Below, piece by piece: positions 44,891-59,653 of a stretch of DNA of 64,000 bases. A program made the position numbers and the translations under genes. The number at the start of each line of letters is the position of its first letter. Position 1 is the stretch's first letter. The stretch covers positions 27,528,001-27,592,000 of the forward strand of contig OX597814.1 of assembly GCA_951406725.2 (NCBI GenBank), read 5' to 3'. Origin of the DNA: Octopus vulgaris. Lineage: Eukaryota. The notes beneath the pieces were generated by a model. It saw only the letters and a program-made list of their open reading frames with translations. It was not told where the DNA came from and made no database searches.

Positions 44891-45260
44891 TATAATAATA
44901 TAAATAATATATGTATATATATATATGTGTGTGTGTGTGTGTATGTGTGTTTGTGTGTGTATTTGTGTGTGTGTGTGTGCATGCGTGTGTGTGTATGCGT
45001 GTGTATATACATTGCATATATATATATGTATACATGTTCGTATGTATGTAAAGTAAATATCTAACATACACTAATGTGAAAACAGCTTAGAAGATCAGGT
45101 AAATATCCATAGACGACGTAAAAGGTGGCAATAAGCTGCTACAGCGGTTGGTGGATATATTTTTATGGTCTTTTAAAGCTGCTTTCACAGTTATTTTGCG
45201 TTCGAGACTTACTTTATTTTCTGAAAAACACCAACTTACTCGGTGCTTCTAAGTTTCTTT

Positions 45261-45378
<118 letters not shown>

Positions 45379-45395
45379 TACACAGATGGGGGATG

Positions 45396-45765
45396 GGAAG
45401 CACTCCGTCGGTTACGACGACGAGGGTTCCGGTTGATCCGAATCAACAGAACAGCCCGCTCGTGAAATTAACGTGTAAGTGGCTGAGCACTCCACAGACA
45501 CGTGCACCCTTAACGTAGTTCTCGGGGATATTCAGCGTGACACAGAGAGTGACAAGGCCGGCCCCTTGAAATACAGGTACAACAGAAACAGGAAGTAAGA
45601 GTGAGAGAAAGTTGTAGTGAAAGAGTACAGCAGGGATCACCACCATCCCCTGCCGGAGCCTCGTGGAGCTTTTAGGTGTTTTCGCTCAATAAACACTCAC
45701 AACGCCCGGTCTGGGAATCGAAACCGCGATCCTATGCCCTAACCACTGGGCCATTGCGCCTCCAC
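45396..45765 (-). mobile_element. SINE family A
   Basis: Near-identical to 24799-25182, with a short deletion in the head. Confidence 0.9.
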
Positions 45766-46700
45766 ACATACATAGATATATGTATATCGTTTTTATACAA
45801 TGAAATGCCCTCACTCTTCAAGATCTACCTTGAGTCTGTCTGAGAACTAGCCTTATGCTTATGTATATTATATTCATGTATGTGTGTATGTAGATGTGTG
45901 AATGTGTATTCCGGTGTGTGTATGTCTGTTTTACTTTGTGTGTGTGTGTGTGTGCTTGTGCGTTCGTGTGTGCGTGTGTGCGTTCTTGTGTGGGTGTGTT
46001 TGAACCAGTACGTGTGTTTATATTTATTTTAATTGACGTAATAACCATCCTTAGACACAAGACACCCACATACACACACGTTTGTATATTAGGAGTAATT
46101 TCGAAAGGGAATGAAAATTAAAAAAACATTTACCATCTATTTCCTGTACCGTGGTTTCCCAGCTATCTTCAGCAAATAAAATAATTTGTTGGGCGCAGCT
46201 GGAATAAACATATAATATTTTGCGAGTAGGGTGAGTTTTCATCAGTAGCTGGTGATTAACACACGCCGAGGACGGCTAACCACCCAGAAATTCGAATCCG
46301 TGTGTATCACGTAAGGCTAGAGATGGGAGCGATGACCTCCCCTCGCAAACGCTAATCGGACACAGAACGTGTGTCGTTAGCCAGCAGGAATGGATGTATT
46401 CGTTGGCTCAGTAGCAGTCCTGTACAGGACGCCACATTTGGTTGGCAATTACGATTCAGTATTGCTACTATTTAAATCTCGTTCAGAGATTTAATATAGC
46501 CTGACCGCGTGTGTACCGTTGGCGATTTTTTTTTCCTCTGTCTTCCCTTCTCTGGATCTTTCCTTCTCCTATGTTTCCGACGAAGAGCTCGCTCGAAACG
46601 TTAAACTCTCCTTCTTTCCTTCTTTCCTAAGCGTCCAATAATACTATATTTGTTCCACGTCCTCGCGTTGTTGTGTTTTTTTGTGCTTACTTGTTTGGAT

Positions 46701-46746
<46 letters not shown>

Positions 46747-46778
46747 CATGTATGTATGTATGCTTACATGTATGTATG

Positions 46779-46812
<34 letters not shown>

Positions 46813-47360
46813 TGTATGTATGTATGTATGTATGCGTGTGTGTGTGCGTAGGGATGTCTGTATGTATGTGTGTGTATTTGACTATTATATCAAGTTTGAT
46901 AGTCGACTTCGAGTTTCGCGACGAGCTGGGCTGCTCACGATTGCTGGGTAGGAAAAATCGCGCGCAGTTTATATTAGAATGTCAGTCTAAATAATTTGAC
47001 CTTTCTCATGCATAAATAGAATCAGGGATTGTACAAACCCTACTCGTAATTACACCCACTATAATAATAACAGCTCATTAAAATTTTACATCGCTAAATT
47101 AGTTTTCAAAGACAGTTATTACTCTACCCACGCATTCTTCCAAGGTTAACATATCCTTATATAAACTGTACACAATTTTCCCTACCCTACGGTCGTGAAC
47201 AGGCCAGACAGCAAACAGGGGCGAAACTCTGAGTACATTATCAAGTTATGATAAAAGCAAAACAACAAAACAAAACATATATACCCACTCCAACCAACGC
47301 TTTGAGTTCAGAACGTTTGGACTACGTAATTTTTAAATATATATTTTAACTCTCTCTCCT

Positions 47361-47393
<33 letters not shown>

Positions 47394-47463
47394 CATACAT
47401 ATAAAAATGATATATATATGCATACATATATATGTCCATACATACACACACACACACACATAC

Positions 47464-47536
<73 letters not shown>

Positions 47537-47539
47537 TAT

Positions 47540-48205
47540 AAGAGTACAGGACATCACGAACCGTAAACAACATGAAATACGAAAACAAATGAGTTGATAC
47601 GCAAACAACGAGAGGAACAAATGAAAAACAGGGCAAGTAACATAATGAACGACCCTTCATCAGTTGTCGGCTGTCCATCTACTCCTCATTTTGAGCACTG
47701 AACGACAATATGAGCCTTCGCAGGCAGTTGCTCCTGCAAAAGCCAAAATAAAAGTTTGTAGTTGCGGAGTGTCAAAGCTGGTCACAAAAACAGGACCTTG
47801 GAGACATACGAGGAAACCGAACGAAAACAAACATGGAGGGTCGTTAGACCAGACGAAGTTAAAATAGCGAACGCTGGAGAAATATTTTCTTTGGCAAAAG
47901 AAAAGATAAAAAAGGGAGACAGATTGGATACATGCAGTCTCTACGACAGCCCTGAAAGAAAAGAAAGATAATTACGTAAGTAAAAGAAAGATGGACGATG
48001 GTCACGTGTGAGCATCGCGAGAGAGAGAGAGAGAGAGTAAAGGAGAAAGAGGGAGAGAGAGAAACAGATAGCAAACGGTGAATGAGTGGAAAGGAATTAG
48101 AGAAAGGATGAGAGAAAAAGATAGGGGGAGAAAACTCTATAGGGTAGAGTCGCATCAAAAATATTAAGATAAAATTACTTGGAAATGAATGTGTGGCGTT
48201 CAATC
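47540..48205 (-). mobile_element. (TA)n-embedded element related to 44340-44890
   Basis: Shares blocks with 44340-44890 and has CTGATGAAGGG on the minus strand near 47653-47663. Confidence 0.5.
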
Positions 48206-48270
48206 AAATAATAATATCAATAATACATATATCTGTATATGTATACGCATGCATTGATATATTTTATACA

Positions 48271-48334
<64 letters not shown>

Positions 48335-48589
48335 CAAACGCATATATATATGCATACACACATATATAGTCGCGAAACACTTATTCTTAATAACACAGCC
48401 AATCCGTTTGTCATTATGTAGTTGTTGTCGCTTAACCATTTATAAGTTCTGACTGAGCAGACTTATGATCACATGGTTTCTAGTTATACTTATCCGTCTC
48501 TTATTTAAAATACGTTAGCAAAATTTGACTGCTATTTTCAGCAGGAATGACATCCATATAAAAGCTTACCGTGTTCCATTCATTATTGT

Positions 48590-49800
48590 ACCGAAGACAT
48601 AATTAAAAACATTCAGTCTGTTTGCAGTCTTCAATTACATGGATGATACTAAGTTATTTGAAGTAAAGACAACAGATAGTATTCAAAGAATACAGTGGGA
48701 CCTAGATTTACTGTATGACTGGACATAGAATAATATTAAGAATAAAACTCAATAAAATCCCATGTTCTATGGTATGGGAAAGAAATATCCAATGAAAAAT
48801 CATATTTTAACAAAGGACTAAGCCCAAACATAATCTAAAATTTCGTATATTCAATCTATATCTAGTAATGTATCGTGGAGGCGCAATGGCCCAGTGGTTA
48901 GGGCAGTGGACTCGCGGTCATAGGATCGCATTTCGATTCTCAGACCGGGCGTTGTGAGTGTTTATTGAGCGAAAACACCTAAAAGCTCCACGAGGCTCCG
49001 GCAGGGGGTGGTGGTGATCCCTGCTGTACTCTTTCACCACAACTTTCTCTCACTCTTACTTCCTGTTTCTGTTGTACCTGTATTTCAAGGGGCCGGCCTT
49101 GTCACTCTCTGTGTCACGCTGAATATCCCCGAGAACTACGTTAAGGGTGCACGTGTCTGTGGAGTGCTCAGCCACTTACACGTTAATTTCACGAGCAGGC
49201 TGTTCCGTTGATTCGGATCAACCGGAATCCTCATCGTCGTAACCGACGGAGTGCTTCCAGTAATGTATCTTTGCTAACACATGTCAACTGTCTGGAACTA
49301 ACTTGTTATAAGCAGTCTGGATAAATTCTGAAAGATATCTTTACTACAGGCATCTCTACCATTATAGAAAGAATTAGGTCTGAGTCACAACTTTGGTATC
49401 TAAATACACTTGGGTATAGGTATTCTCTAGAAAGACTATAATCCCTTCCCCCAAACTTCTTCACTAAAATAATATCAGCAAAACATTTAAACTATTCTGA
49501 CGCTCTGCTCCACAGAACTCGGTGGAAAGCGATATACTGTCATCTAGATCCGGTAGATTCTGGGAAGTAAAGTGTCTTATCCAGGTGTAAAACATCTTAC
49601 CCCCACAAAAAAAACAAACAACAAAAATGAATCATTAACTGCAAAAGATCTTATTAGATTCCAAGCAAGCAAATGCACTCTATATAGTCATTTCTTCAGA
49701 GGATTCTTGTTATTTAATTTCTTATTTATTAAAGAAATAAGGAACATGACGATTTCTGTGAAATATTTTCAGCATCACCTGAGTTAGTTTCTCTGCCATA
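48590..49800 (+). mobile_element. old CR1-like LINE RT remnant interrupted by a SINE
   Basis: YMDDTKLF..IQWDLDLLYDWT resembles FADDTKL..LQ.DLD.L..W. The right boundary is approximate. Confidence 0.6.
48875..49258 (+). mobile_element. SINE family A, full length with TSD
   Basis: 11-bp TSD AGTAATGTATC at 48864-48874 and 49259-49269. Confidence 0.92.
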
Positions 49801-49905
49801 TCTCAAATCAGCTGTCTTTAGCTGATTATAGTCAATATGCTGCAGTTTCTGTCAAAGTGCTGAGTCATCAAACAAATCAGTTATATAAGGGTATGGAAGC
49901 ATTCA

Positions 49906-50097
49906 AGGCGGCGAGCTGGCAGAAACGTTAGCACGCCGGGCGAAATGCATAGCCGTATTTCGTCTGCCGTTACGTTCTGAGTTCAAATTCCGCCGAGGTC
50001 GACTTTGCCTTTCATCCTTTCGGGGTCGATAAATTAAGTACCAGTTACTACACACTGGGGTCGATGTAATCGACTTAATCCGTTTGTCTGTCCTTGG
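49906..50097 (+). mobile_element. SINE family D
   Basis: aggcggcgagctggcagaaacgttagc head followed by the family D core. Confidence 0.8.
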
Positions 50098-50104
50098 GAT
50101 CTCT

Positions 50105-50325
50105 CTTTTCTCTTTTACTCTTTTACTTGTTTCAGTCATGTGACTGTGGTCATGCTGGAGCACCGCCTTTAGTCGATCAAATCGACCCCAGGACTTATTC
50201 TTTGTAAGCCTAGTACTTATTTTATCGTCTCTTTTTTGCCGAACCGCTAAGTTACGGGGACGTAAACACACCAGCATCGGTTGTCAAGCGATGTTGGGGG
50301 GACAAACACAGACACTGAAACACGC

Positions 50326-50404
<79 letters not shown>

Positions 50405-50560
50405 TATGACGGGCTTCTTTCAGTTTCCGTCTACCAAATCCACTCACAAGGCTTTGGTCGGCCCGAGGCTATAGTAGAAGACACTTACCCAAGGTGCCAC
50501 GCAGTGGGACTGAACCCAGAACCATGTGGTTGGTTAGCAAGCCACTTATCACACAGCCAC
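50105..50560 (-). mobile_element. SINE family B
   Basis: Consensus match with an internal (TA)n tract. Confidence 0.88.
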
Positions 50561-50960
50561 TAGACATGATTTAAACACTTTTGGTTATAAATCTATTCGA
50601 TCAGAACTCATCTGCACCGAATCCTCCTCCTCTCCTTCCTCCTCCCTCCCCCACCACAACAACAACAACAACGACGACGACGACGACGATGAAAACAACG
50701 ATGACAATGATTAGATAAAATGCACAATGCGGTGCTCCAGTATGACCAGAATTCAACATTGATTCGAAAAAAAATTCTAAATGTAGAGATTTGAATTGAT
50801 ATTTTAACCATTTGAATCCACGAGTACATTTTAATGGAATCGATTTCATTTGATTTTATCCTTGGAAGACCCAAAAGCGGGCGCCTACATGGTTACATGT
50901 CTCGCTAATTGGCCAAAATGAAGAAAAGTAGAGAGATAGAAAAAAAAAAATGAATGAATA

Positions 50961-51370
50961 GGCGCAGGAGTGGCTGTGTGGTAAGTAGCTTGCTAAACAA
51001 CCACATGGTTCCGGGTTCAGTCCCACTGCGTGGCATCTTGGGCAAGTGTCTTCTACTATAGCCCCGGGCCGACTAATGCCTTGTGAGTGGATTTGGTAGA
51101 CGGAAACTGAAAGAAGCCTGTCGTATATATGTATATATATATATATGTATGTGTGTGTGTTTGTGTGTCTGTGTTTGTCCCCCTAGCATTGCTTAACAAC
51201 CGATGCTGGTGTGTTTACGTCCCCGTCACTTAGCGGTTCGGCAAAAGAGACTGATAGAATAAGTACTGGGCTTACAAAGAATAAGTCCCGGGGTCGATTT
51301 GCTCGACTAAAGGCGGTGCTCCAGCATGGCCGCAGTCAAATGACTGAAACAAGTAAAAGAGTAAAGAGTA
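50961..51370 (+). mobile_element. SINE family B, full length
   Basis: tRNA-like head ggcgcaggagtggctgtgtggtaag..gggttcagtccc and tail gaaacaagtaaaagagtaaagag. Confidence 0.9.
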
Positions 51371-51880
51371 AGAGAATAAAGAAAACAAAGACGAGAAAGA
51401 GAAAAAAAGGTAGATAGAAGAAGAGAAAGAAAGAGAGAAGGAAAGAGGGAAAGAGTGAAAGCGAAAGAAAGAGGGAGAGAAGAAAGAGTGAGATGAAAGA
51501 AAAAGAGAGAAAGAAGTGAGGAAGAAAGAAAGAATGAGTGAGTGCAGGAATTAAGGGAGGATAAGAGAAGAAAAGAAGGAAAGCAGAAAGAAAGAGAAAG
51601 AGAAAGAAAATAATGAGAGAACAATAATAACAACCCAGTTTAGATACCACTTTTTTATTCTGCATTTTCGAATGTTCTTGATTTGATTGCTTCCTTAGGA
51701 AGCAATCAATGAAAACGATAGCCATAGCCAAAAGGATAAACTCAATCCAATGGTTATAGAAGGAGCACGAACTCTGGCAGATAACATTTTTCACCCGAAG
51801 AGCGCAATTGTTTGAAATTCGTGTTGCTAGAAAAGGCAAATTTAGTTTACGCACGCACAAACACAGACACAGTCAAACAA

Positions 51881-51942
<62 letters not shown>

Positions 51943-52027
51943 TACACACGCAGCCACTCACACCCACACAACAACAACAACAAACACATACCTGCGAACA
52001 AAGATTCAACTTTTAATATTATACACA

Positions 52028-52086
<59 letters not shown>

Positions 52087-52779
52087 ACATATATATATAT
52101 ACATACATATATATATATAAAATAACATGACGCACTTTGGGCAAGGGTATTATACTTTAGCTTGGAGACTTTGTGGGTGTATTTGTTCTTCAACCTCTTG
52201 ACAACTGGATTTGGTTTGTTTACGTCCCCCATAACATAGCCGTTCGCCAAGAGAGATCGATAGAATAACTACCAGACTTTAAAACAAGTACTTTGATCAA
52301 TATGTTTCGAGGCAGTATCTCAATATGGCTGCAGTCCTGGTAGTTATTCTATCTGACTCTTATGCTGAACACTAAGTTACGGAGCCATAAACAAACCAAA
52401 CCCGGTTGACAACTGATGGTGGTGAACAACAACAAACACAAAGACACTCATAGGTATGTAATATATGTGACAATCTTTTTTTCAGTTTCAGTCTACCAAA
52501 TCCACTCACACGGCTTTGGTGAACGCGAGAGCTGCCTGGGGTCACTTGCCCACAGTGCAACGCAGAGGGAGTGAATTCAGAACCACGTGATTGAAAGTTC
52601 TTTCTATGATCATTTCGACCTCTCGTCGTCTTAGGGTGAATTATAACGGAACCCTTTGACGAGCAAGGGTCGTAAAGATTGCTGTGCGAACTATTAAATA
52701 AAAATAGACAAAAACCTACATTTTTTTAGAACTTCTACGTATGAACGTAATTAACATTCATTGAAACTATTTAAATGAA

Positions 52780-53043
52780 TGTTGTGTCTGGGGAGAGTCA
52801 TTTTCTTTTTGTGCCTTATAATTTAACACACTCACCGGTAAAATTTCCACTTATTTCTTATTTTTATTTTCCTAAAATTTTCGTTGCATTTTGCAACCTT
52901 TTCAATAGTCAAGACTATTGGAAAGATTGCAAGACGCAACGAAAATTTTAGGAAAATGAAAATAAGAAATAAGTGGAAATTTTACTGGTGAGTGTGTTAA
53001 ATTATAAGGCACAAAAAGAAAATGACTCTTTCCAGACACAACA
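52780..53043. repeat. near-perfect palindrome with ~131-bp arms
   Basis: Centred on caatagtc-AA-gactattg (52903-52920); the arms extend to tgttgtgtctgg / ccagacacaaca. Confidence 0.95.
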
Positions 53044-53149
53044 GAATATGCTTCAACACACGAACTCACATAAAGAATCTTGTCAACCAAATCAAAAAAC
53101 GAAATATTTAAATGAAGACACACAAAATAAAAATATAATAATAATAATA

Positions 53150-53400
53150 ATAAAACCACTAACAATAATAATTGGGATACTTTGCTTCGTTAGTAGATGC
53201 CTTAGTGACAATCTAGAAAAGCTAGGATTTGTAAAGGCTAGCATGCATATTACAAATGCAATCTGTAAGGGGAACAGTAAATATAGGCGAAACTTTTCTC
53301 AAGTTCAGAATGTGACATTGTTTTTCTTATCTACATTCTCACGATGGAGCGTTATATCTTTGTTAGATACCAGCACCTTCCTTTACAGGAAAACAAATAA
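53150..53400 (+). mobile_element. 3' end of a restriction-like-endonuclease non-LTR element (R4/Dong-like) next to (TAA)n
   Basis: IIIGILCFVSRCLSDNLEKLGF and, in another frame, LQMQSVRGTVNIGETFLKF resemble the RLE C-terminus P.IIGALG..LQ...GT..I...FL. Confidence 0.55.
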
Positions 53401-53455
53401 TTAAAAATAGAAGAGAACACTTACATAAACACAAACACACACAATATAGATATAT

Positions 53456-53504
<49 letters not shown>

Positions 53505-53779
53505 CGTGTGTGTGTACGTATATATATATACACGCACACACACGCACTACGTCTCTGTCTATGTGCTTCTGATGTAGTAGCCAATGTCGTTTTCTTGCTA
53601 CCGACAAACATTTCTTTCCCTCATACTGAAATGGAAATGAGTGGGTGTTTGTAGAATTTCATCGATCCAGCATTTGCTCTCAACAAACGAGGTTCTCTGA
53701 CATGTAGGCAGAACAACGATTACATCACATTCAAATTTAGACAAAAGGTGTCTGTCTGCAGAATGTCATACATACGTAA

Positions 53780-54395
<616 letters not shown>

Positions 54396-54736
54396 AAAAA
54401 GCCCTTATTGTCTGTTTCCTGTCCTGTTTTTTCTTCATTTGTATTGTTTTTTCTTCATTTGTATTGCTTTTACGTCCTGTTTTTGTCACTTGTTTTACCC
54501 CTCTGCAAAAGAATTTTATTTAATTCCTTTTGCAGGAAGGACTGCTTCGACTGTGTTCTGTCCTTACCTTCGAAACACACTTTGAGTCGAACCAGGGACA
54601 GCTGATGAAGGGGAATTTTCCTTATATTGTTTGTCCTGTACTCTGTTTTTTCGTTGTTTAAAAAAAGTCCGTTTTCTTGTTTGATTTTATGTTCTCGTCT
54701 CTCGTTGTGTTCTACGTTTATTTGTGGTGTCCTGTA

Positions 54737-54783
<47 letters not shown>

Positions 54784-54905
54784 ACATGTATATATACATG
54801 TAGATGTAAGTATGTACATATATGTATATATGCATATATTTTATTTATTACTATATGACCGAACGCACGCGTTATTTCTCTATTTCTCTTCTCCAAGTTT
54901 TTATT

Positions 54906-54957
<52 letters not shown>

Positions 54958-55079
54958 ATTTATACACACACAAGCATACACACATAAGGCACGTGAAGTA
55001 TTTGAAAATCTTGTTGGTAATTAATTTAATAAAACAACATCCAGAAAAAAATTAATTTTCGCTTTCTTATAAAATTATT

Positions 55080-56020
55080 TTCTGAATTCGCCTTTAGATT
55101 GTGGGACCGGAATCGTTGCATGGTTGCACTAAACAGTGCTTATTCATTTCGGGCATCACCTGGACAATGCTGGCTTTCAGTGAAGCTATGATATTTTGAG
55201 GATGTCTAGTAGTCTCCCTTTCAACAACGTTCCCAGCGAAGAAATCCATGGGATTTATATCTGGCGTGTTCGGAAGCCTTCAGTTTAGTGTTACAAATCA
55301 TAAAATTGTTTGACAACCATTCTTGGGTTATGTGGGCATTTTGGGAAGGTTCTGAGTCTAGTTGAAGCACATATAGTCTTCTACAGCGTACTTTGTCCGT
55401 CCAGAGTTTAACAACTATCTCCAGCACCTCGATGTTTCCAATATCATTTATTCTTAGACGCTGTGAAAAGATGTGAGATGACATGATATGACCTTCGTGA
55501 CTCACAACTCCTAAAACCATCACACTTGCTGGAAACTTTGCGTGCATCACCCTGGAGACATTTCCGCCAGTCATTTCTCCTGTTAGACTTTTGATCTTGG
55601 TCAAAGATTTCTCATAAGAGAAAAACCAAAGCATGAGGGGTCTTAACCTTGTTAAGTAACCGTTTGACGTTTTTTTTTGTATATTTGTAGACATGAATTG
55701 GTTTCTCCGCAGTACATATGATTTGTATCCAATGTCCATATTGCATCGCAATTCTGATAGTCCACGCCGAGCTCTGGGATCATCATCAGTAATATTTTGA
55801 ACTCGTTGAATGAATTGCGGTGTCCTTATTGTGTTAAAACCTTTAGAATATCTATTTCTCTTTGAAACGGTCGAAACATCCCCACCAGAAAATTCCAATT
55901 CCATTCAAACTTTGTATATAAAAGATCTTGCAACACTTAGAAAGTTGGCAATTTTTAAATTGCTGTGTCCCGTACAATACGCAACAATGGCTTGATATTT
56001 TGTGTAAGCATTTTAACTAT
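55080..56020 (-). pseudogene. decayed Tc1/mariner-superfamily transposase, maT/DD37D-like
   Basis: WFFSYEK, KFPASVMVLGVVS..GHIM and YVLQLDSEPSQNAHITQEWL, then PDINPMDF in a shifted frame. Confidence 0.8.
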
Positions 56021-56069
56021 TATGCGTGGGTGGGGGGCTGAAAGAAAACCTTTCACTTGGATTGAAGTG

Positions 56070-56414
56070 AGTAAAAGGTAAAGACCCTTTCAGTTATGAA
56101 AGTCCATGGGATTACACCTAGCAAGTTATTCCCCAAGACACAACTCCAGACAGGTTGTTTGTGGAAGACCAGCAGTTGCCCATGCATAGTGGTCTCCCCT
56201 CTCTATGCCACCATGTTGTCCAAGGGAAAGGTAAAGGCCAATACAGTTTGGCACCAGTGACGTCGCAATTCATTTTATACAGATGAGTGAACTGGGGCAA
56301 CGTGAAATAAAGTGTGTTGCTCAAGAACACAACACACAGTCCAGTTCTGAAGTCGAATTAACAACCTCACGATTATAAGCCCGACTCTCTAACCACTGAG
56401 CCACGCACCTTCAC
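56070..56414 (-). mobile_element. SINE family C
   Basis: Matches 1098-1428 and 59654-60027. Confidence 0.85.
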
Positions 56415-56507
56415 ATTGTGAGTAATATACTTATAATTAAGTCTACTTAGATACTCCTCGCACCCTATGTACATGTGTATGTGTGAATGAATTATGCGTA
56501 CGGGTAT

Positions 56508-56565
<58 letters not shown>

Positions 56566-56985
56566 GATGAAATAATTATGGGTTCGTATTGTCTTTAAAA
56601 CTTCTGAAAACAACCTTTGGTGCGGATTGTATATTTTATAATTTTGTATGAAACGACTTTTTTCATATTTTAAAGTAGATTGAAGCATTTTCTTCATGCA
56701 ACAACCCCGCACTGAAGAAGCCATATTTGTATTTGATTTTTAACCATTTCCGATATCGAAATATCTATTTATTTCTCTCCTGTACGTAAACTGTTTAATG
56801 CATAAAGAATTAAAAAGTAAATGTAGAGTCAAATATATGGCGAAAACAAAAGGAAGAACATTTTTTTGATAAATACATGCGATAAGTTAGATTATGTTTC
56901 TGAATGTTGTGGCGTCATCAACATAAATATAATTTTATTGTACTAGCTAAAACAGTAGGAAGCGAATCACTAAATAAATATATAC

Positions 56986-57390
56986 AGGCGCAGGAGTGGC
57001 TAGGCGCAGGAGTGGCTGTGTGGTAAGTAGCTTGCTAACCAACCACATGGTTCCGGGTTCAGTCCCACTGCGTGGCATCTTGAGCAAGTGTCTTCTGCTA
57101 TAGCCCCGGGCCGACCAATGCCTTGTGAGTGGATTTGGTAGACGGAAACTGAAAGAAGCCTGTCGTATGTATGTATATATGTGTGTGTGTTTGTGTGTCT
57201 GTGTTTGTCCCCCTAGCATTGCTTGACAACCGATGCTGGTGTGTTTACGTCCCCGTAACTTAGCGGTTCTGCAAAAGAGACCGATAGAATAAGTACTGGG
57301 CTTACAAAAAGAATAAGTCCCGGGGTCGAGTTGCTCGACTAAAGGCGGTGCTCCAGCATGGCCGCAGTCAAATGACTGAAACAAGTAAAA
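56986..57390 (+). mobile_element. SINE family B with a duplicated 16-bp head
   Basis: aggcgcaggagtggct occurs twice (56986-57017), followed by the full body. Confidence 0.9.
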
Positions 57391-58292
57391 GAGAGAGAGA
57401 CGTCTATGTGCTGTGAGAAACAGTTGCTATTCTTGTTCTCGTTTGGCTTCAAGTAGACTTATGATCAAAGGCGGATTATAGATGACCAACATAATTTCCA
57501 GTGTGTCACCCATTTTCCTGTTTTGAAAAGGCAGTGCGGTTTGAAGCGAATGAAGATTTAGCTATTATGTCGAGCAGTCACGTACCTGCGGATAGGTTTC
57601 CTCGGAAGTTAAATGTGTGCCAGCAAATTTAATGCGGTCACAGCTGGATGAGTTAATGGGATAATAGATTATTTATGGAAGCTGTGTTAGTTGCTAAGAA
57701 AGGTAACACTTCTTTCTTTCTGCCCTCCTCCCTCTCTCTCCTCCCACTCTCTCCCCTTTATCAATGGTGTGAAATGTGTATTTCAACGCTCCTCGATGTA
57801 AGTGGCAGTGGCAGTATTGTAAAACTGACGAGTACTCGCTTAATTTAGTGTTGAGCTGGGTAGACTGGTTTGGGGACAAATCAGCTGGTGATTTAAAGAT
57901 TCTAAAAAATTCGTGGATGATTGCTTCGCGATAGGGGTGGTGGTCAACAAAATACCAAGAAATCGCATTCTCCATTTAAAAAAACTTTTATACAAAGCCT
58001 ACGAAGATCACAAAACATCCTCAGAAGAAATTTGAAATTAGAACATTTTCACTCGCAAATCAGCCACACCCAAGCAACCACCCCCACGCCTTTTACTTGT
58101 TTCAGTCATTAGACTGTGGCTATGCTAGGTCATCGCCTTGAAGAATTTTCGTCGGACGAATAGACACTGGTACTTATTTCTTTTTTAAGTCCAGTACTTT
58201 TTGTATCAATCCTTTTTGCCGAACCGCTAAGTTACGGGGTAGTAAACACACCAATTAGCGGCTGTCAAAAGCAGTGATCGGAAACAAATACA

Positions 58293-58351
<59 letters not shown>

Positions 58352-59653
58352 CGCAAATCATTAGCTTGTTTTGTTGATGGGTAATTAACTATCCCACCCC
58401 ATAAAAAACATCTCATTTCATTTAATCACACTCCTACATATAACTCCAAGCACTTACACAATACACGAAAAAAAAAGACGTATACACCAACGCGCACACA
58501 CATACGCACCCAAAGACACACACACACACACAAACACACAAGGAAAGGGACACATACACAGTAATGACACACTCATGGGAAATGGATGCTCAATAGAAAG
58601 TACAAAAACACGCACGTACATTTACATTGACACGCATACGCTCTCATACACACACATATATAAACATACGAATTATTAGACTGAGGCTCATACACACACA
58701 CACACACACACACACACGCTAAGACATTCAGTCGTAAAATCTTATAAATATATGCATTTACTAACACACCCATACACCCACTTAAACGTAACTCATTCAA
58801 TTTGATTTTCTCTGACGTCATTTGTGCGAGAGCTTTCCCTCACACACGTCTCTCACACACTAAGTGACCTTAATTAGATTCGAAGAAAGGTGAAATCTCT
58901 TCTGTTAAGATATCGCTTATTATTCTTGTTGTTGTTGATGATGATGATGATGATGTTATTGTTGTTGGATACACACACACACACACAGACACACACACTC
59001 ACACACACACTCACACACACACACACCCTCACCCTCTCTCTCTCTCGTACACAGATGCATGCCCCGCGTACTCACATCTACATAAATGCATGTATTGCTA
59101 TTCACATTCACTCACACATATCATAGACACACACACACACAATCATAGACACATCCACATACACACATACGTGTATGCTATACACGTATTTACGTTATAC
59201 AAAATCTATCCCAGACAATAGTTATATTTCTCTCTTACAAATGCATAGACCGAACGTTCATCCACACGCACATACATATGCATACATACACACACATATG
59301 TACATTCACTTTTACTCATATATCCCTATATACACTCTTCCAAATGTAAAATCACTCCACACATCAAGATCACAGTTCCCGCCTACTTCCCTGCATTTCT
59401 ACGCACACACGCACGCACGTACGTACACACAATCACAAACTGACGCACAAATTCTTCCCTCTCTCTTTCTCCCTCTTACACACTATTACAAAACTCATAT
59501 ACATACAAACACATGGATTCATACGCAAAACCTCTGGTGTTGATTCACATACACAAACACGGAGAAACATATTAAGACAGGCAAATATTCAAACTCATTT
59601 AAATATTAACACAGGCACACTAAAACGAACTTACACGTACACAACTAAATCTG

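Noticed and set aside
46230-46460. GC-richer island as an ncRNA
   Set aside because: No recognisable RNA family or convincing structure; more likely an old retroelement fragment.
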